The position numbers were made by a program, and so were the translations under genes. This document shows, piece after piece, positions 19,773 through 29,769 of a stretch of DNA of 64,000 nt. The notes beneath the pieces were generated by a model. The model was not told where the DNA came from, made no database searches, and saw nothing but the letters and a program-made list of their open reading frames with translations. The first letter of the stretch is position 1. The number at the start of each line of letters is the position of its first letter. This DNA comes from Candidatus Poribacteria bacterium (GTDB taxonomy: Bacteria; Poribacteria; WGA-4E; PCPOR2b). The DNA lies in contig OZ220744.1 of NCBI GenBank assembly GCA_965116925.1, positions 1,088,001 to 1,152,000 of the forward strand, in the 5' to 3' direction.

Positions 19773-21824
19773 ATGAAAGACCAAGAAAAGACAAAGGTGC
19801 AACTCATAGATGAGTTAGAGGCGATGCGTCAGCGTGTCACCGAATTAGAACAGGTGGAGACGCGGTATAAGGGTACTTTAGAGAGTTTGGAACAGTCGGG
19901 AAGAACCTACTACGATCTCTATGATAACGCGCCGGATATGTTTGTCTTCGTAGATGCGAAGACAGCTAACATTATTCGATGCAACCAGACGGTAGTCCAG
20001 ACGTTGGGCTACACGAGAGAAGAGATCATCGGTCATTCTATCTTCGAGAGGTATCATCCAGATTGTATAGAGGATGCACACAAGGTATTCCAATCCTTTG
20101 TCGAGACTGGTGAAGTCCATGATGCTGAACTTGTGTTGAAACGCAAAGATGGGGGTAGACTTGATGTGAGCTTGAACACTTCATCGGTTCGCGATGAAGA
20201 GGGAAATGTTCTCTACGGTAGATCGGTGTGGCGCAACATCACCCGGCGTAAACAGGCGCAAAAGGCACTCAGGCGGAGTGAAACGCGATACCGCACCCTT
20301 TTTGGTGAATCAAGAGATACCGTTTATATGAATACCCGCGAGGGGAAAATCCTCGATATCAATCAGGCGGGGGTAGATCTTCTTGGCTATCCCCGCGATC
20401 AGCTAATCGGAATGAATGTCCGAAAGCTGTACGTCCATCCCGAAGAGCGAAGTGTGTTTCAACGGGAGATTGAGCGACAGGGATCGGTGAGAGACTATGA
20501 GTTAAAATTCCGGAGGAAGGATGGAACGCAGATAGACTGTCTGGTCACTTCAACGGTGCGGCGGACAGTCAACGGAACAATAGTAGGATACCAAGGTATT
20601 ATCCGCGACATCACCGAGCAGATGAAAGCAGAAAAGGCACTCCACGAAAGCGAGCAGCGATTCCGCCAACTGGCAGAAAATCTGCGCGAAGTCTTCTGGT
20701 TGAGTTCTCTGGATAGCAGACAAATCTATTTTATCAATCCTGCGTATGAGGAGATTTGGGGGCGAAGCCGAGAAAGTCTGATATCGCAGCCGGAGTCTTG
20801 GCTAGAAACGATTCACCCAGAAGATCGGGAGGAGGTCCTTGCCAACCTTGAGAAACAGAGCCGTGGCGAATTCGTTGAATATGAGTATCGCATTGTGCGC
20901 CCTGATGGTGAAATTCGTTGGATCGAAGCCCATGTTTTTCCAGTGCGAAACGAAGAGGGAGAGATTTACCGATGTGCAGGGAGTGCACAAGAAATTACCA
21001 AACGCAAACGAGCAGAGGCGTTAGCAGAATCTCAGCAACAGCAGTTAATTCAGGCGGATAAAATGGCGTCGCTCGGTATCCTAGTCTCCGGCGTCGCACA
21101 TGAAATCAATAACCCGAATAACTTCATCATGCTCAACGGAGAGATCCTCTCCATGGCTTGGCAAAATGTGATGCCAATTCTCCAAAAGTACTATGAAGAG
21201 AATGGTGATTTTCTTCTGGCGGGTATGCCTTACACCCGAGCACACGAGAAAATTGGTCAATTGATTTCGGGGATATCGGAGGGTGCCGCGCGCATTGGTA
21301 AAATTGTTGAGGCATTGGGCGGTTTTGCACGTCAGGATGCAGGCGATTTGGATCAGTCGGTTGACCCCAACGCGGTTGTCGAATCTGCGATGGTTATTGT
21401 GAACAATCTGATTAGGAAGTCGACTCACCATCCGTCCGTGGAGTTGGCAGAAAATCTGCCCAAAATTCGGGGGAACCAACAGCAGCTTGAACAGGTTATC
21501 ATCAATTTGATCACCAATTCCTGCCAAGCCCTGCAATCTCCCCAACAATCTCTGTTTGTTTCAACGTCGTATAGTGAAACCTCTGACCTGATTACCATCA
21601 GGGTGCGAGATGAGGGAGAAGGGATCCCTCCTGAAAACCTGAATCACATTATTGAGCCCTTTTTCACGACCAAGCGGGACGCCGGGGGCACAGGTCTAGG
21701 TCTGTCGGTTTCTTATAATATCGTGAAAAACCATGGTGGACATCTACATTTCACTTCAAGATTTGGCAAAGGCACAACCGCCACTGTCATGCTACCCGTT
21801 TCTCGCCGAACTATGCTGGGGTAA
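19773..21824 (+). CDS. PAS-domain sensor histidine kinase (NtrB-like, cytoplasmic)
   Basis: Three PAS/PAC segments, AHEINNP H-box, N box, DEGEGI, FFTTK, GTGLGL; no TM segment seen. Confidence 0.92.
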   Translation: MKDQEKTKVQLIDELEAMRQRVTELEQVETRYKGTLESLEQSGRTYYDLYDNAPDMFVFVDAKTANIIRCNQTVVQTLGYTREEIIGHSIFERYHPDCIEDAHKVFQSFVETGEVHDAELVLKRKDGGRLDVSLNTSSVRDEEGNVLYGRSVWRNITRRKQAQKALRRSETRYRTLFGESRDTVYMNTREGKILDINQAGVDLLGYPRDQLIGMNVRKLYVHPEERSVFQREIERQGSVRDYELKFRRKDGTQIDCLVTSTVRRTVNGTIVGYQGIIRDITEQMKAEKALHESEQRFRQLAENLREVFWLSSLDSRQIYFINPAYEEIWGRSRESLISQPESWLETIHPEDREEVLANLEKQSRGEFVEYEYRIVRPDGEIRWIEAHVFPVRNEEGEIYRCAGSAQEITKRKRAEALAESQQQQLIQADKMASLGILVSGVAHEINNPNNFIMLNGEILSMAWQNVMPILQKYYEENGDFLLAGMPYTRAHEKIGQLISGISEGAARIGKIVEALGGFARQDAGDLDQSVDPNAVVESAMVIVNNLIRKSTHHPSVELAENLPKIRGNQQQLEQVIINLITNSCQALQSPQQSLFVSTSYSETSDLITIRVRDEGEGIPPENLNHIIEPFFTTKRDAGGTGLGLSVSYNIVKNHGGHLHFTSRFGKGTTATVMLPVSRRTMLG

Positions 21825-21837
21825 TCGTTAATTTTTC

Positions 21838-22053
21838 GGTTCATGTTAAGAAATCGCGCACCAGCAACCAATTTGGTTCATTAGTACATCGCTCATGTTA
21901 AGATTTAGTGCAAAGAAACCGAATATTCGTAGGGGTTGGGTCCCCCAACCCTTACGGCGGGCGGGGAGACCCCGCCCCTACGATTTCGCTTCGTGTTTTG
22001 CACTTTCTTTTTACATGAGCCTAGTACATTAGTTCATTTTTCACGTTTCACGC
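21838..22053 (+). mobile_element. Interrupted family A element (outer shell) hosting the 21891 element
   Basis: ggttcatgttaagaaatc..ggttcattagt and ..ttcatttttcacgtttcacgct match the reverse complement of 16125-16263; right terminus missing. Confidence 0.5.
21891..22020 (+). mobile_element. 130-bp MITE-like element family A with paired GTAG-REP hairpins, copy 1
   Basis: Identical to 48451-48580; TIR GCTCATGT..ACATGAGC; internal GTAGGGGTTGGG..CCCAACCC and GGGCGGGG..CCCCGCCCCTAC. Confidence 0.85.
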
Positions 22054-22076
22054 TCTTTTGGAATGGAGATGAGCGC

Positions 22077-23519
22077 ATGAATACAACCCCTTTCCCTGCC
22101 CTCCCTGTTTTACTAGTAGATGACGAAGCACAATTCCTCTTCAGCGCGAGTTTAAGTCTGAACTCGGAGGGCATTGATAATGTCATACAGTGCCAAGATA
22201 GCCGTGATGTATTATCGATCCTCTCCGAACGGGACTTTTCCGTCGTTGTGTTGGATATGCTGATGCCCCATCTATCCGGTTGGGATCTACTCCCAACAAT
22301 TGTGCGAGATTTCCCAGACATCCCGGTCATCATCATCACGGCGGTCAATGAGGTCAAAACAGCCGTTGATTGTATGAAGGAAGGAACTTTCGATTACTTG
22401 GTAAAACCTGTGGACAAGGCGCGTCTGGTAACGACGGTTCAGCGGGCGATAGAGGTTAGGGAGTTACGCGATGAGAACACGCGTCTCAAGGACTATCTGC
22501 TTTCCGACAAGCTAGAGCAGCCTGATGTGTTCTCGGAAATTATCACCCAAAACCCTGTCATGCGATCTATCTTTCAATATATTGAGGCGATCGCCGAAAA
22601 TGCGTTGCCAGTGCTAATCACCGGCGAGACCGGCGTGGGTAAAGAATTGGTTGCCAAAGCCCTTCACCGACTTGGTGGACGGACCGGTGACTTGGTTACA
22701 GTCAATGTGGCGGGACTGGACGACCACCTATTTGCAGATACCCTCTTTGGGCACAAAAAGGGAGCGTTTACTGGAGCGGATGCTGCGCGCGACGGACTAG
22801 TTGAGCAGGCGTCCGGGGGGACACTGTTTCTGGATGAGATAGGAGATCTCAGGATAGAATCGCAGGTTAAGTTACTCCGCCTTTTGCAGGAAGGGAAGTA
22901 TTATCCGTTGGGCGAGGATGTCCCAAAATTGACCGATGCGCGGATTACCGTCGCAACAAATCGGGATATTGATGCCTTAATGAAAGCGGAAACGTTTCGC
23001 AGAGACTTGTATTATCGACTCCAAACGCATCATATTCACGTGCCACCGCTTCGTGACCGACAGGAGGATTTGCCTCTACTAGTTGAACATTTCCTTGATA
23101 AAGCGGCGAAGCAGTTTGATAGAAACAAGCCCACGCTTCCCGCAGAATTTTTTACGTTGCTTGGAGTCTATCACTTCCCCGGAAATATCCGGGAGCTTGA
23201 GAGCATGATTTTTGATGCTGTCAGCAGACATAAGCGGGGAGTGCTTTCTATGGAATCCTTCAAAGCCAAGATCGGTAACCCCAACCTGCCTAGTCAAGTA
23301 AACAAAGCGGGGAATGGCCGAGAGAATACGTGTCCGTTCACAGATGTATTACCAACTTTAGATCAATTACCCGCCTTAAAAGATGCTGAACAGCTGCTGA
23401 TTGCAGAAGCACTCAAACGTTCCGACGGAAACCAAACCATTGCCGCCCAACTTTTGGGGATGTCGAGACAAGCGTTGCATAACCGTTTGCGTCGTGCTAG
23501 CAAGTCTGTAGCACAGTGA
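22077..23519 (+). CDS. Sigma-54-dependent response regulator (NtrC family)
   Basis: Receiver domain [32 protein letters not shown]-terminal Fis-type HTH; start trimmed to MNTT. Confidence 0.93.
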   Translation: MNTTPFPALPVLLVDDEAQFLFSASLSLNSEGIDNVIQCQDSRDVLSILSERDFSVVVLDMLMPHLSGWDLLPTIVRDFPDIPVIIITAVNEVKTAVDCMKEGTFDYLVKPVDKARLVTTVQRAIEVRELRDENTRLKDYLLSDKLEQPDVFSEIITQNPVMRSIFQYIEAIAENALPVLITGETGVGKELVAKALHRLGGRTGDLVTVNVAGLDDHLFADTLFGHKKGAFTGADAARDGLVEQASGGTLFLDEIGDLRIESQVKLLRLLQEGKYYPLGEDVPKLTDARITVATNRDIDALMKAETFRRDLYYRLQTHHIHVPPLRDRQEDLPLLVEHFLDKAAKQFDRNKPTLPAEFFTLLGVYHFPGNIRELESMIFDAVSRHKRGVLSMESFKAKIGNPNLPSQVNKAGNGRENTCPFTDVLPTLDQLPALKDAEQLLIAEALKRSDGNQTIAAQLLGMSRQALHNRLRRASKSVAQ

Positions 23520-23632
23520 GGCCAGCTATCAAGCTTATGTCGGTAATGCAGTATTCGGTGTAACGTTTGTCGAAAGTCGTTCCCCACTGTAAATATCCAT
23601 CCATTCTCCGACGACCGCCACCTCCGCGGATT

Positions 23633-24451
23633 CTAATCTCCGTCGTAGTCGTGGTTATCTTCTGCACGGTCTTGCGGCACATATCCCACCTTCCGACGAG
23701 CGTTCTCAATATCCACCCAGCGTAAATCGTTGTTTGACATACCGTAGAAAATCTCAAATCGTAAGCTATCATCGGCGTTGATGCACCGCTCGATAATCTG
23801 AACAATGTCCCGCTGGCTCACGTAGATGTCGGCGCCCTGCGGTGGGCGGGGACGGTCGCGCTCAACTTGACCGATGCGAACGCAGATACACGACATATCG
23901 TACTGATGTGCGTAGGTACGTGCTAAAGACTCTGTCCAAACTTTCGTTGAACCGTAGATACCTCTGGGCTCTGCGGGTATGTCCGGCGTAATCATCTGAA
24001 CGTCGTTGGGGATGTCGGTGTGTCGCCGTTCCATCATCGCCCTATACGGTTCGCTCTCACGATGTCCTTGGGACACCATAATACTGCTAGCGGCGACGAT
24101 TCGCCGAACCCTAGCCTCCCGGCACGCTTCAAAGACGTTATAAGTCCCGATGATGTTGTTGTGCAGTAGGCTCTTCCAATCTCCACTGCCCGGATCAGCG
24201 GCGAGATGTGCAACAATATCGATGTCTTCAACAGCCTGTCGGACCTGCTCAAAATCGGAGATGTTGCACAGTTGGAATTTATCGTCGGGAATCTCCAGCG
24301 TCCATGATTCGGGAACCCGCTCAGACGGTTTGCGTTTCCGGTCAAGGGCATAGGCATCGTATCTGTCCGGTTGTTCAAGCAGTCGTTTATATGTCATGTA
24401 GCCGATCTGCCCAGTTGCACCTGTGACCAGCACTTTCTTCAGTGAACTCAT
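23633..24451 (-). CDS. NAD-dependent epimerase/dehydratase (paralog of 5290-6048)
   Basis: TGATGQIG, AASS, YGSTK and CVRIG motifs; start trimmed to MSSL. Confidence 0.85.
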   Translation of the reverse strand: MSSLKKVLVTGATGQIGYMTYKRLLEQPDRYDAYALDRKRKPSERVPESWTLEIPDDKFQLCNISDFEQVRQAVEDIDIVAHLAADPGSGDWKSLLHNNIIGTYNVFEACREARVRRIVAASSIMVSQGHRESEPYRAMMERRHTDIPNDVQMITPDIPAEPRGIYGSTKVWTESLARTYAHQYDMSCICVRIGQVERDRPRPPQGADIYVSQRDIVQIIERCINADDSLRFEIFYGMSNNDLRWVDIENARRKVGYVPQDRAEDNHDYDGD

Positions 24452-24482
24452 GTATTTCTTTTCCCTTTTTCTTTTTTTGGAT

Positions 24483-25328
24483 TCAATGTGGTTTGCCCAA
24501 GTTCGCCGGTGGGTTTGCTTTGCCAATCACGCCGACAAGCACGATCATCGTGAGTAGATAGGGTAGGCTGTTCAGTAACTGGGGTGGGATGTTCCAGCGA
24601 TTGGCGAGTTCCAACGCGCCTGCGAATCCGAAAAGCAGGCAAGCAGCACCGGCTCCGAGGGGTTTCCACTTACCAAAAATGACCGCTGCCAATGCGACGT
24701 ATCCACGTCCGGCGGTCATTCCCTTTGTAAAATAGTGTGCCTCAGATGCCAAAAGACACCCGCCGATGCCAGCGAGGATGCCGCTGATAACTACACCGAT
24801 ATATTGCTGTCTTGACCGACTGAGTCCGAGGGCATCCAACGCCTCAGTGGACTCACCCGCTGCACATAAGCGTAGCCCCCACACTGTCTTAAACAACGCA
24901 ATCTGACTGATAACCACAAGGATAAGGGTCAGGTATACAACGAACGAATACGATCCGATTAGCGGCAAATCCCAATGGCTCAAGCCCTCTACCCGCCGGG
25001 AGGTTGCGGTGCGTCCAAGAAACTCTGTGATGCCGATTGCTAAGAGGTTGATCGACACCCCGCTAACAATCTGATCCGCTCGGAACGTGATAGATGCGAG
25101 GGCGTGGAGCAGCCCCATCCCGCCGCCGCAAGTGATGCCAAGAACCAATCCGATCCATGGGGAAGCAGAGGCGTGCGTTCCAATTACATAGCCAAACGCA
25201 CCCATGAGCATCATGCCTTCGAGTCCGATGTTCACCACGCCAGACCGTTCCGAGTAGACGCCGCCAAGTGCTGCCAAAGCCAACGGCGCGGACATACGAA
25301 CCGTCATCGGGATGAGCTCAAAAAGCAT
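24483..25328 (-). CDS. ABC transporter permease (nucleoside/sugar, BPD_transp_2 type)
   Basis: SERSGVVNIGLEGMM, AGE, GRGYVALAAVIFGKWKP and LPY motifs; hydrophobic. Confidence 0.88.
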   Translation of the reverse strand: MLFELIPMTVRMSAPLALAALGGVYSERSGVVNIGLEGMMLMGAFGYVIGTHASASPWIGLVLGITCGGGMGLLHALASITFRADQIVSGVSINLLAIGITEFLGRTATSRRVEGLSHWDLPLIGSYSFVVYLTLILVVISQIALFKTVWGLRLCAAGESTEALDALGLSRSRQQYIGVVISGILAGIGGCLLASEAHYFTKGMTAGRGYVALAAVIFGKWKPLGAGAACLLFGFAGALELANRWNIPPQLLNSLPYLLTMIVLVGVIGKANPPANLGKPH

Positions 25329-25370
25329 TATAGCAATTTCCTCTGATGATGCAAAAAATCTCAGACCACC

Positions 25371-25436
25371 GTAGGTTGGGTTGAACGATAGTGAAACCCA
25401 ACACCAATCAACCAATCACGTTTCACGCATCACGTT
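25371..25436. repeat. GTAG-REP hairpin followed by a heptamer tract
   Basis: GTAGGTTGGGTT..AACCCAAC (25371-25402), then tcacgtttcacgcatcacgtt. Confidence 0.6.
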
Positions 25437-25441
25437 TGACA

Positions 25442-26479
25442 TCATTGACACAGATGCACCTTGACTGCGCCGGAACGCTTGTCGGCAGAAATTCTGAAGC
25501 CTTCAGCGACCTCCATCAGTGGGAGCCGATGGGTTACGAGTGCTGTTGCATCAACTTTTCCTGAAGAGATTAGCTCGATGGCAGCATCAAAATCGGTGTC
25601 CATTCCGGTGTAGCCGTAACAGTTAGAACCGGTGACAATCGCTTCCGACCCGACGATGCGTCCCAAATTCACCTTTAGTGGCTCGTAATATCCTGCGACG
25701 AGGACGACATACCCACAACTTCGGACCATCGCCATCGCAGCGTCGAAGTTGTGTCCGCCACCGACAGTTTCAATAACGGCGTCCAGCCCACGACCGCCTG
25801 TGATGTCCTTTACATACTCATCGGGATCTGTCTCACCGATGTTGACCACATGATCAGCACCGAGTTTCTTTGCGAGTTCCGCTTGATGGTCATACTTGAC
25901 GGTGATTAGTGTTTCCTTTACACCTGCTGCTACCGCTGCTGCCAAAGCGAATTGTCCGATGGTTCCGCCGCCAATAATTGCGACCCTGTCCTGATAGGTT
26001 GCCCGCGCCTGTCCGATAGCACGGTACGAAACAGCAAGCGGTTCCACCAGAGCCCCTTCCTCAAAACTCATACTGTCCGGCAGTTTGAACAAGCCCGAAG
26101 CGTGGGCGGTGGTATACTCCGAAAAGCCACCGTGTGTATTTTGAGAAACCCATTTCCGTTCTAGACAGTGGTTGTAGTAGCCTTTCCCACAATAGACACA
26201 ATCCCCACAGTGCGAGAAACATTCAATGGTAACCTTATCGCCCGGTTGGAGTGTCGTAACACCTTCGCCAAGCTCAACAACAACTCCGCACGTTTCATGT
26301 CCCGCGGCGAGGCTATCGGATTGACCCCAGTGCCCAAAATAGCTATGGAGATCGCTGCCACAAATACCTGTGCACTTGGTGTCGATCATAACATACCCCG
26401 GTTCAGGGGATTTTTTCTCTACCTCTTGGATATCTATCTGTTCGATACCTGAATAAATTGCTGCCTTCATTGTGCTCAT
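25442..26479 (-). CDS. Zinc-dependent alcohol dehydrogenase (MDR family)
   Basis: GICGSDLH, GHE, CxxCxxC..C structural Zn site and GGGTIG. Confidence 0.92.
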   Translation of the reverse strand: MSTMKAAIYSGIEQIDIQEVEKKSPEPGYVMIDTKCTGICGSDLHSYFGHWGQSDSLAAGHETCGVVVELGEGVTTLQPGDKVTIECFSHCGDCVYCGKGYYNHCLERKWVSQNTHGGFSEYTTAHASGLFKLPDSMSFEEGALVEPLAVSYRAIGQARATYQDRVAIIGGGTIGQFALAAAVAAGVKETLITVKYDHQAELAKKLGADHVVNIGETDPDEYVKDITGGRGLDAVIETVGGGHNFDAAMAMVRSCGYVVLVAGYYEPLKVNLGRIVGSEAIVTGSNCYGYTGMDTDFDAAIELISSGKVDATALVTHRLPLMEVAEGFRISADKRSGAVKVHLCQ

Positions 26480-26504
26480 AACAGTTTCTCCCTCGATTCC
26501 ACAA

Positions 26505-26532
26505 GTAGGGAACGCAGATCTGCGTTCCCTAC
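26505..26532. repeat. 28-bp perfect GTAG-REP palindrome, copy 2
   Basis: GTAGGGAACGCAGATCTGCGTTCCCTAC is its own reverse complement. Confidence 0.85.
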
Positions 26533-26548
26533 CATTGCCCGTTACCCT

Positions 26549-27427
26549 TTAGGCTTGACGGATGAACTTCTGCATCCGCGCGTTTTCACCCAACATCACT
26601 TCGCCCATGTAGAGATCACCGTGCGAATCCATCCAGAGACCGTGTGCTCCGCCGAGAAACTCGCCCGGCACTTCGCTCGATTCTGCGCCACCCCATCGAG
26701 TGATTAATTCGCCCTCTAACGTGTAGATAAGGAACTCATGGTCCAATCCAGCGACATAGACCACATCATCGTTGGGATCGAAGTAGATTGTGTTAGGCTC
26801 TGGTACATCGGTCCATTCGGTTAGATAATTTCCATCAGTATCAAAAATCTGGAGACGGTTGTTTGAACGGTCGCAGATCCAGACGCGATCATTCCTGTCT
26901 ATACGGACGCAGTGGGATAAAGCGAACTGACCAGGTCCAGTGCCACGCTCGCCCCACGACAGCAGTAATTCTCCATCGGGAGAATACTTGTGGACACGCG
27001 CGTTGCCGTAGCCGTCAGAGATGAACAACTCGCCGGTGGAGGCGATCGCCAGATCGGTCGGGGAATTGAACGGATCACCGTCCGCAGGGGCAGCCTCGCC
27101 CGGTGTGCCCAACGTCATCGTTAGTTCGCCATTTCGGTTGAATTTGAAGACACAGTGGTTACTATTGTCGATCAAATACACATTGTCCTCGTCGTCAATG
27201 TAGATGCCGTGTGCCGCTTCGGGTGGAAGAATACCGCTGCCCCACGTCTCCAAAAAATTGCCGTCGCGATCGAAAACCGCCAGTGGGTTTTCACTCCGTG
27301 AGTAAACAAAAACCCGATCCTGCGAATCGGTTGCTACCGCCGGAATCCAACCCCACTTCCAACCGTCCGGCGTTTTGTCCCAATTTTCTGCGACTGTGTA
27401 TCTATATTTACCTGTACCAAAGATCAT
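26549..27427 (-). CDS. NHL-repeat protein (peptidyl-alpha-hydroxyglycine lyase-like)
   Basis: FNSPTDLA, SDGYGNARV, GPGQF..H and DRSNNRLQIF repeats. Confidence 0.85.
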   Translation of the reverse strand: MIFGTGKYRYTVAENWDKTPDGWKWGWIPAVATDSQDRVFVYSRSENPLAVFDRDGNFLETWGSGILPPEAAHGIYIDDEDNVYLIDNSNHCVFKFNRNGELTMTLGTPGEAAPADGDPFNSPTDLAIASTGELFISDGYGNARVHKYSPDGELLLSWGERGTGPGQFALSHCVRIDRNDRVWICDRSNNRLQIFDTDGNYLTEWTDVPEPNTIYFDPNDDVVYVAGLDHEFLIYTLEGELITRWGGAESSEVPGEFLGGAHGLWMDSHGDLYMGEVMLGENARMQKFIRQA

Positions 27428-27663
27428 GTTTTATACCTCCAGATACTTTTTTATACATCGTGTAAGGACACTGGAAATCTTAAATGCGAGTGTAGAAGAT
27501 ACAAGAAAACGATTTTTGTGTCAAGCCAAAATTAGACGTGGAAACATTTGGGAAAGCGGTAAACTGACGCCATTGAGAGATGCATAGTCCGAGATTTCTA
27601 TTGACGAGGACGGGAAAAATGGGTAAAATGCCTCTCGCATCTTTCCAGAATAGGGACGAGGAT

Positions 27664-28707
27664 ATGGAAGGCACTATTGAACTAGTCAGACGCGATGTGC
27701 TGCTATCAAATCTAGGATTGTACGGTATCCCAGACGAGCAGCTACATTTTCCCTTTCTATATGAGTCCGATAACGGGAATTGGTACATGACCTACCGGGA
27801 AGGACCACACTTGGAGTCAAGTTTCGGTCCCGGGAATCGTGTCCAGTGTGTCCAATCGAGAGATAGGGGGCGCACATGGCTTCCGTGGATGGGAATGTAC
27901 GTGGAGCCTTTGCTGCGTCAGTTTTTCGTTACGCGCCTCAAGGATGGAGGGCTTATCAGTTATCGCTGCCGGATGGCAAAACTCCATCAATCATCTAGCA
28001 GCACGCTCGAAGGGACGACGATTATTCTGCGTTCGCAGGACGAAGGAGCGACCTGGACCCGAAGTTACGCGCCGGTCAGTAACCTGCCTTTCAGCTTGGG
28101 CAGTCAGCTAATCTCACTTTGGGGACACGCCGTCGAAATGCCCGATGGACGGCTGCTGTGGGCGGTCTATAGTCGTGAGGGAAATACGATCTCTGGAATC
28201 GTCCAGTCTACCGATGGCGGGGGCAGCTTTGAGTGGCTTGCAGATGTGTGTGCGGAGGACACTGTTGGGGAACGGCGGGAGCCGGGGTTGGTGCGCCTGC
28301 CCTCCGGGGAACTCCTCGCCTTGATCCGGTGTGGAACACAACCAGCCCGACCAATGGTGGAGGTTCGTTCTGCGGATGGTGGGGTGACTTGGAGTTCCCC
28401 GCGTAGGCTTGCTCGTCCCGGCGTGTGTCCTCAAGTGCTACTGCTGAAGAACGGCGTCTTGGTGTGCAGCTACGGCACGCGGAGATATGTGCACGTCATG
28501 GCAAGTTGGGATGGGACAGGGCACGGATGGTCAGAACCCTTGGTGCTCTACGAAGGTCAAACTTCAGGTTACAGCAACCTCCAAGCGTTAGCCGATGACC
28601 GTTTCCGAATCATCTATCAGGAAGGGACGTTTGACGCCTATCAGGCGGGTGGCAATCGGATTATACGCTCCGAGATTCAGGTTGTGCCACAACGCTCTTC
28701 GTCATGA
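27664..28707 (+). CDS. Sialidase/BNR repeat protein
   Basis: Asp-boxes SRDRGRTW, SQDEGATW and SADGGVTW; SGYS; start uncertain. Confidence 0.78.
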   Translation: MEGTIELVRRDVLLSNLGLYGIPDEQLHFPFLYESDNGNWYMTYREGPHLESSFGPGNRVQCVQSRDRGRTWLPWMGMYVEPLLRQFFVTRLKDGGLISYRCRMAKLHQSSSSTLEGTTIILRSQDEGATWTRSYAPVSNLPFSLGSQLISLWGHAVEMPDGRLLWAVYSREGNTISGIVQSTDGGGSFEWLADVCAEDTVGERREPGLVRLPSGELLALIRCGTQPARPMVEVRSADGGVTWSSPRRLARPGVCPQVLLLKNGVLVCSYGTRRYVHVMASWDGTGHGWSEPLVLYEGQTSGYSNLQALADDRFRIIYQEGTFDAYQAGGNRIIRSEIQVVPQRSSS

Positions 28708-29562
28708 GACTGTGGGACCGTCGCCCGCTAAGGTTGTGCGGTGTAGAACGCGCTTGTACTTTCCACGATCCCAAGACCGTCCCCGGTGTAGGCAGCAACG
28801 GTTATCATATACAACAAGGTCGTTCACCCGCCATGCGTGACGGTACACAAACTGCGGTTGTGTCGACCATTCGAGCAGCTCCTTCAACAGGGGTTTACCC
28901 TTCTCGATTGGCAAGCCGTGAATATGCGTTGTGTATGAGCCGACCAAGAGTGCCTTCTTCCCGGTTTCGGGGATGACCCGCACCAAGCGTTGATTGACCG
29001 GAGGGGTGTCTTTCTGAAACGCGTCGTCCATCAGGTTCGGAGCGATCTGCGCCCGCGAGTGTGCGATGCTATGTTCGGCAATCAGTTCCTCTATATCCGC
29101 CTTCTTCTGTTCGGGTAGTGCTTCGTAGGCAGCGATCAGGCTGGCAAATTCGGTTTCACCACCTTCCGGTGGTATGACCTTGGCAGAGAGTAGTGAGCCG
29201 CGTAAGGGCACACGTTTGAACGAGCCATCAGAATGCCAGAGTGTGTTAGCGACGGTATATAACGTCCGTGGGTCCTCCGGCGGAATGATGTCGCCGTTCT
29301 CGTCGAGATTGGAAATGATACCGATTGGTCCACCGTCACCGATGGGGTCATTTGGCATCGTCATTTCGAGAGGACCAAACCCTTCACTGAACGTGACATG
29401 CTGTTCGTCGGTGATGTCCTGGTCATGGAACACGAGCACCGCGTATTCGCAAAGCGCATGGCGAAGTTGTTCAAATATTTCGGCATCAATGGGCGAAGTG
29501 ATGTCAACGCCTTGAACTTCCGCTCCGATATGTTTTTCCAGTTTCCTAATTGTGAGTGTCAT
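28702..29562 (-). CDS. TauD/TfdA family dioxygenase
   Basis: WHSDGSF, GGETEF and DNRCCLHRG motifs. Confidence 0.92.
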   Translation of the reverse strand: MTLTIRKLEKHIGAEVQGVDITSPIDAEIFEQLRHALCEYAVLVFHDQDITDEQHVTFSEGFGPLEMTMPNDPIGDGGPIGIISNLDENGDIIPPEDPRTLYTVANTLWHSDGSFKRVPLRGSLLSAKVIPPEGGETEFASLIAAYEALPEQKKADIEELIAEHSIAHSRAQIAPNLMDDAFQKDTPPVNQRLVRVIPETGKKALLVGSYTTHIHGLPIEKGKPLLKELLEWSTQPQFVYRHAWRVNDLVVYDNRCCLHRGRSWDRGKYKRVLHRTTLAGDGPTVS

Positions 29563-29590
29563 TGTGTTTCCTTGTTAAAAGAGAAAATCT

Positions 29591-29740
29591 AACCACAGAG
29601 ACACGGAGAAGGTAGAGCCGACAAGAAAACGAGAAGGCCAGAAGACGGGAAGGCGGGCAAAAGACTTTAATCGCTTTTGTCTCGTTTTCGCGTTCTCTCG
29701 TTTTCCCGTTTTCATTTTTTCTCTGTGACTCTGCGGTGAA
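29591..29740. repeat. Long imperfect inverted structure built from 9-mer and 8-mer units, between divergent genes
   Basis: aaccacagagacacggag..gaaaacgagaaggccagaagacggg / ctcgttttcgcgttctctcgttttcccgtt..ctctgtgactctgcggt. Confidence 0.6.
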
Positions 29741-29769
29741 CAGTACAACATATAGAAGGAGAAGATATT

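Noticed and set aside
21936..22076. N-terminal extension of the sigma-54 regulator
   Set aside because: It is translated MITE/REP sequence; the receiver domain starts after 22077.
19773..23630. Sigma-54 promoter target near the two-component pair
   Set aside because: No convincing TGGCAC-N5-TTGC site was found by eye in the neighbouring intergenic DNA.
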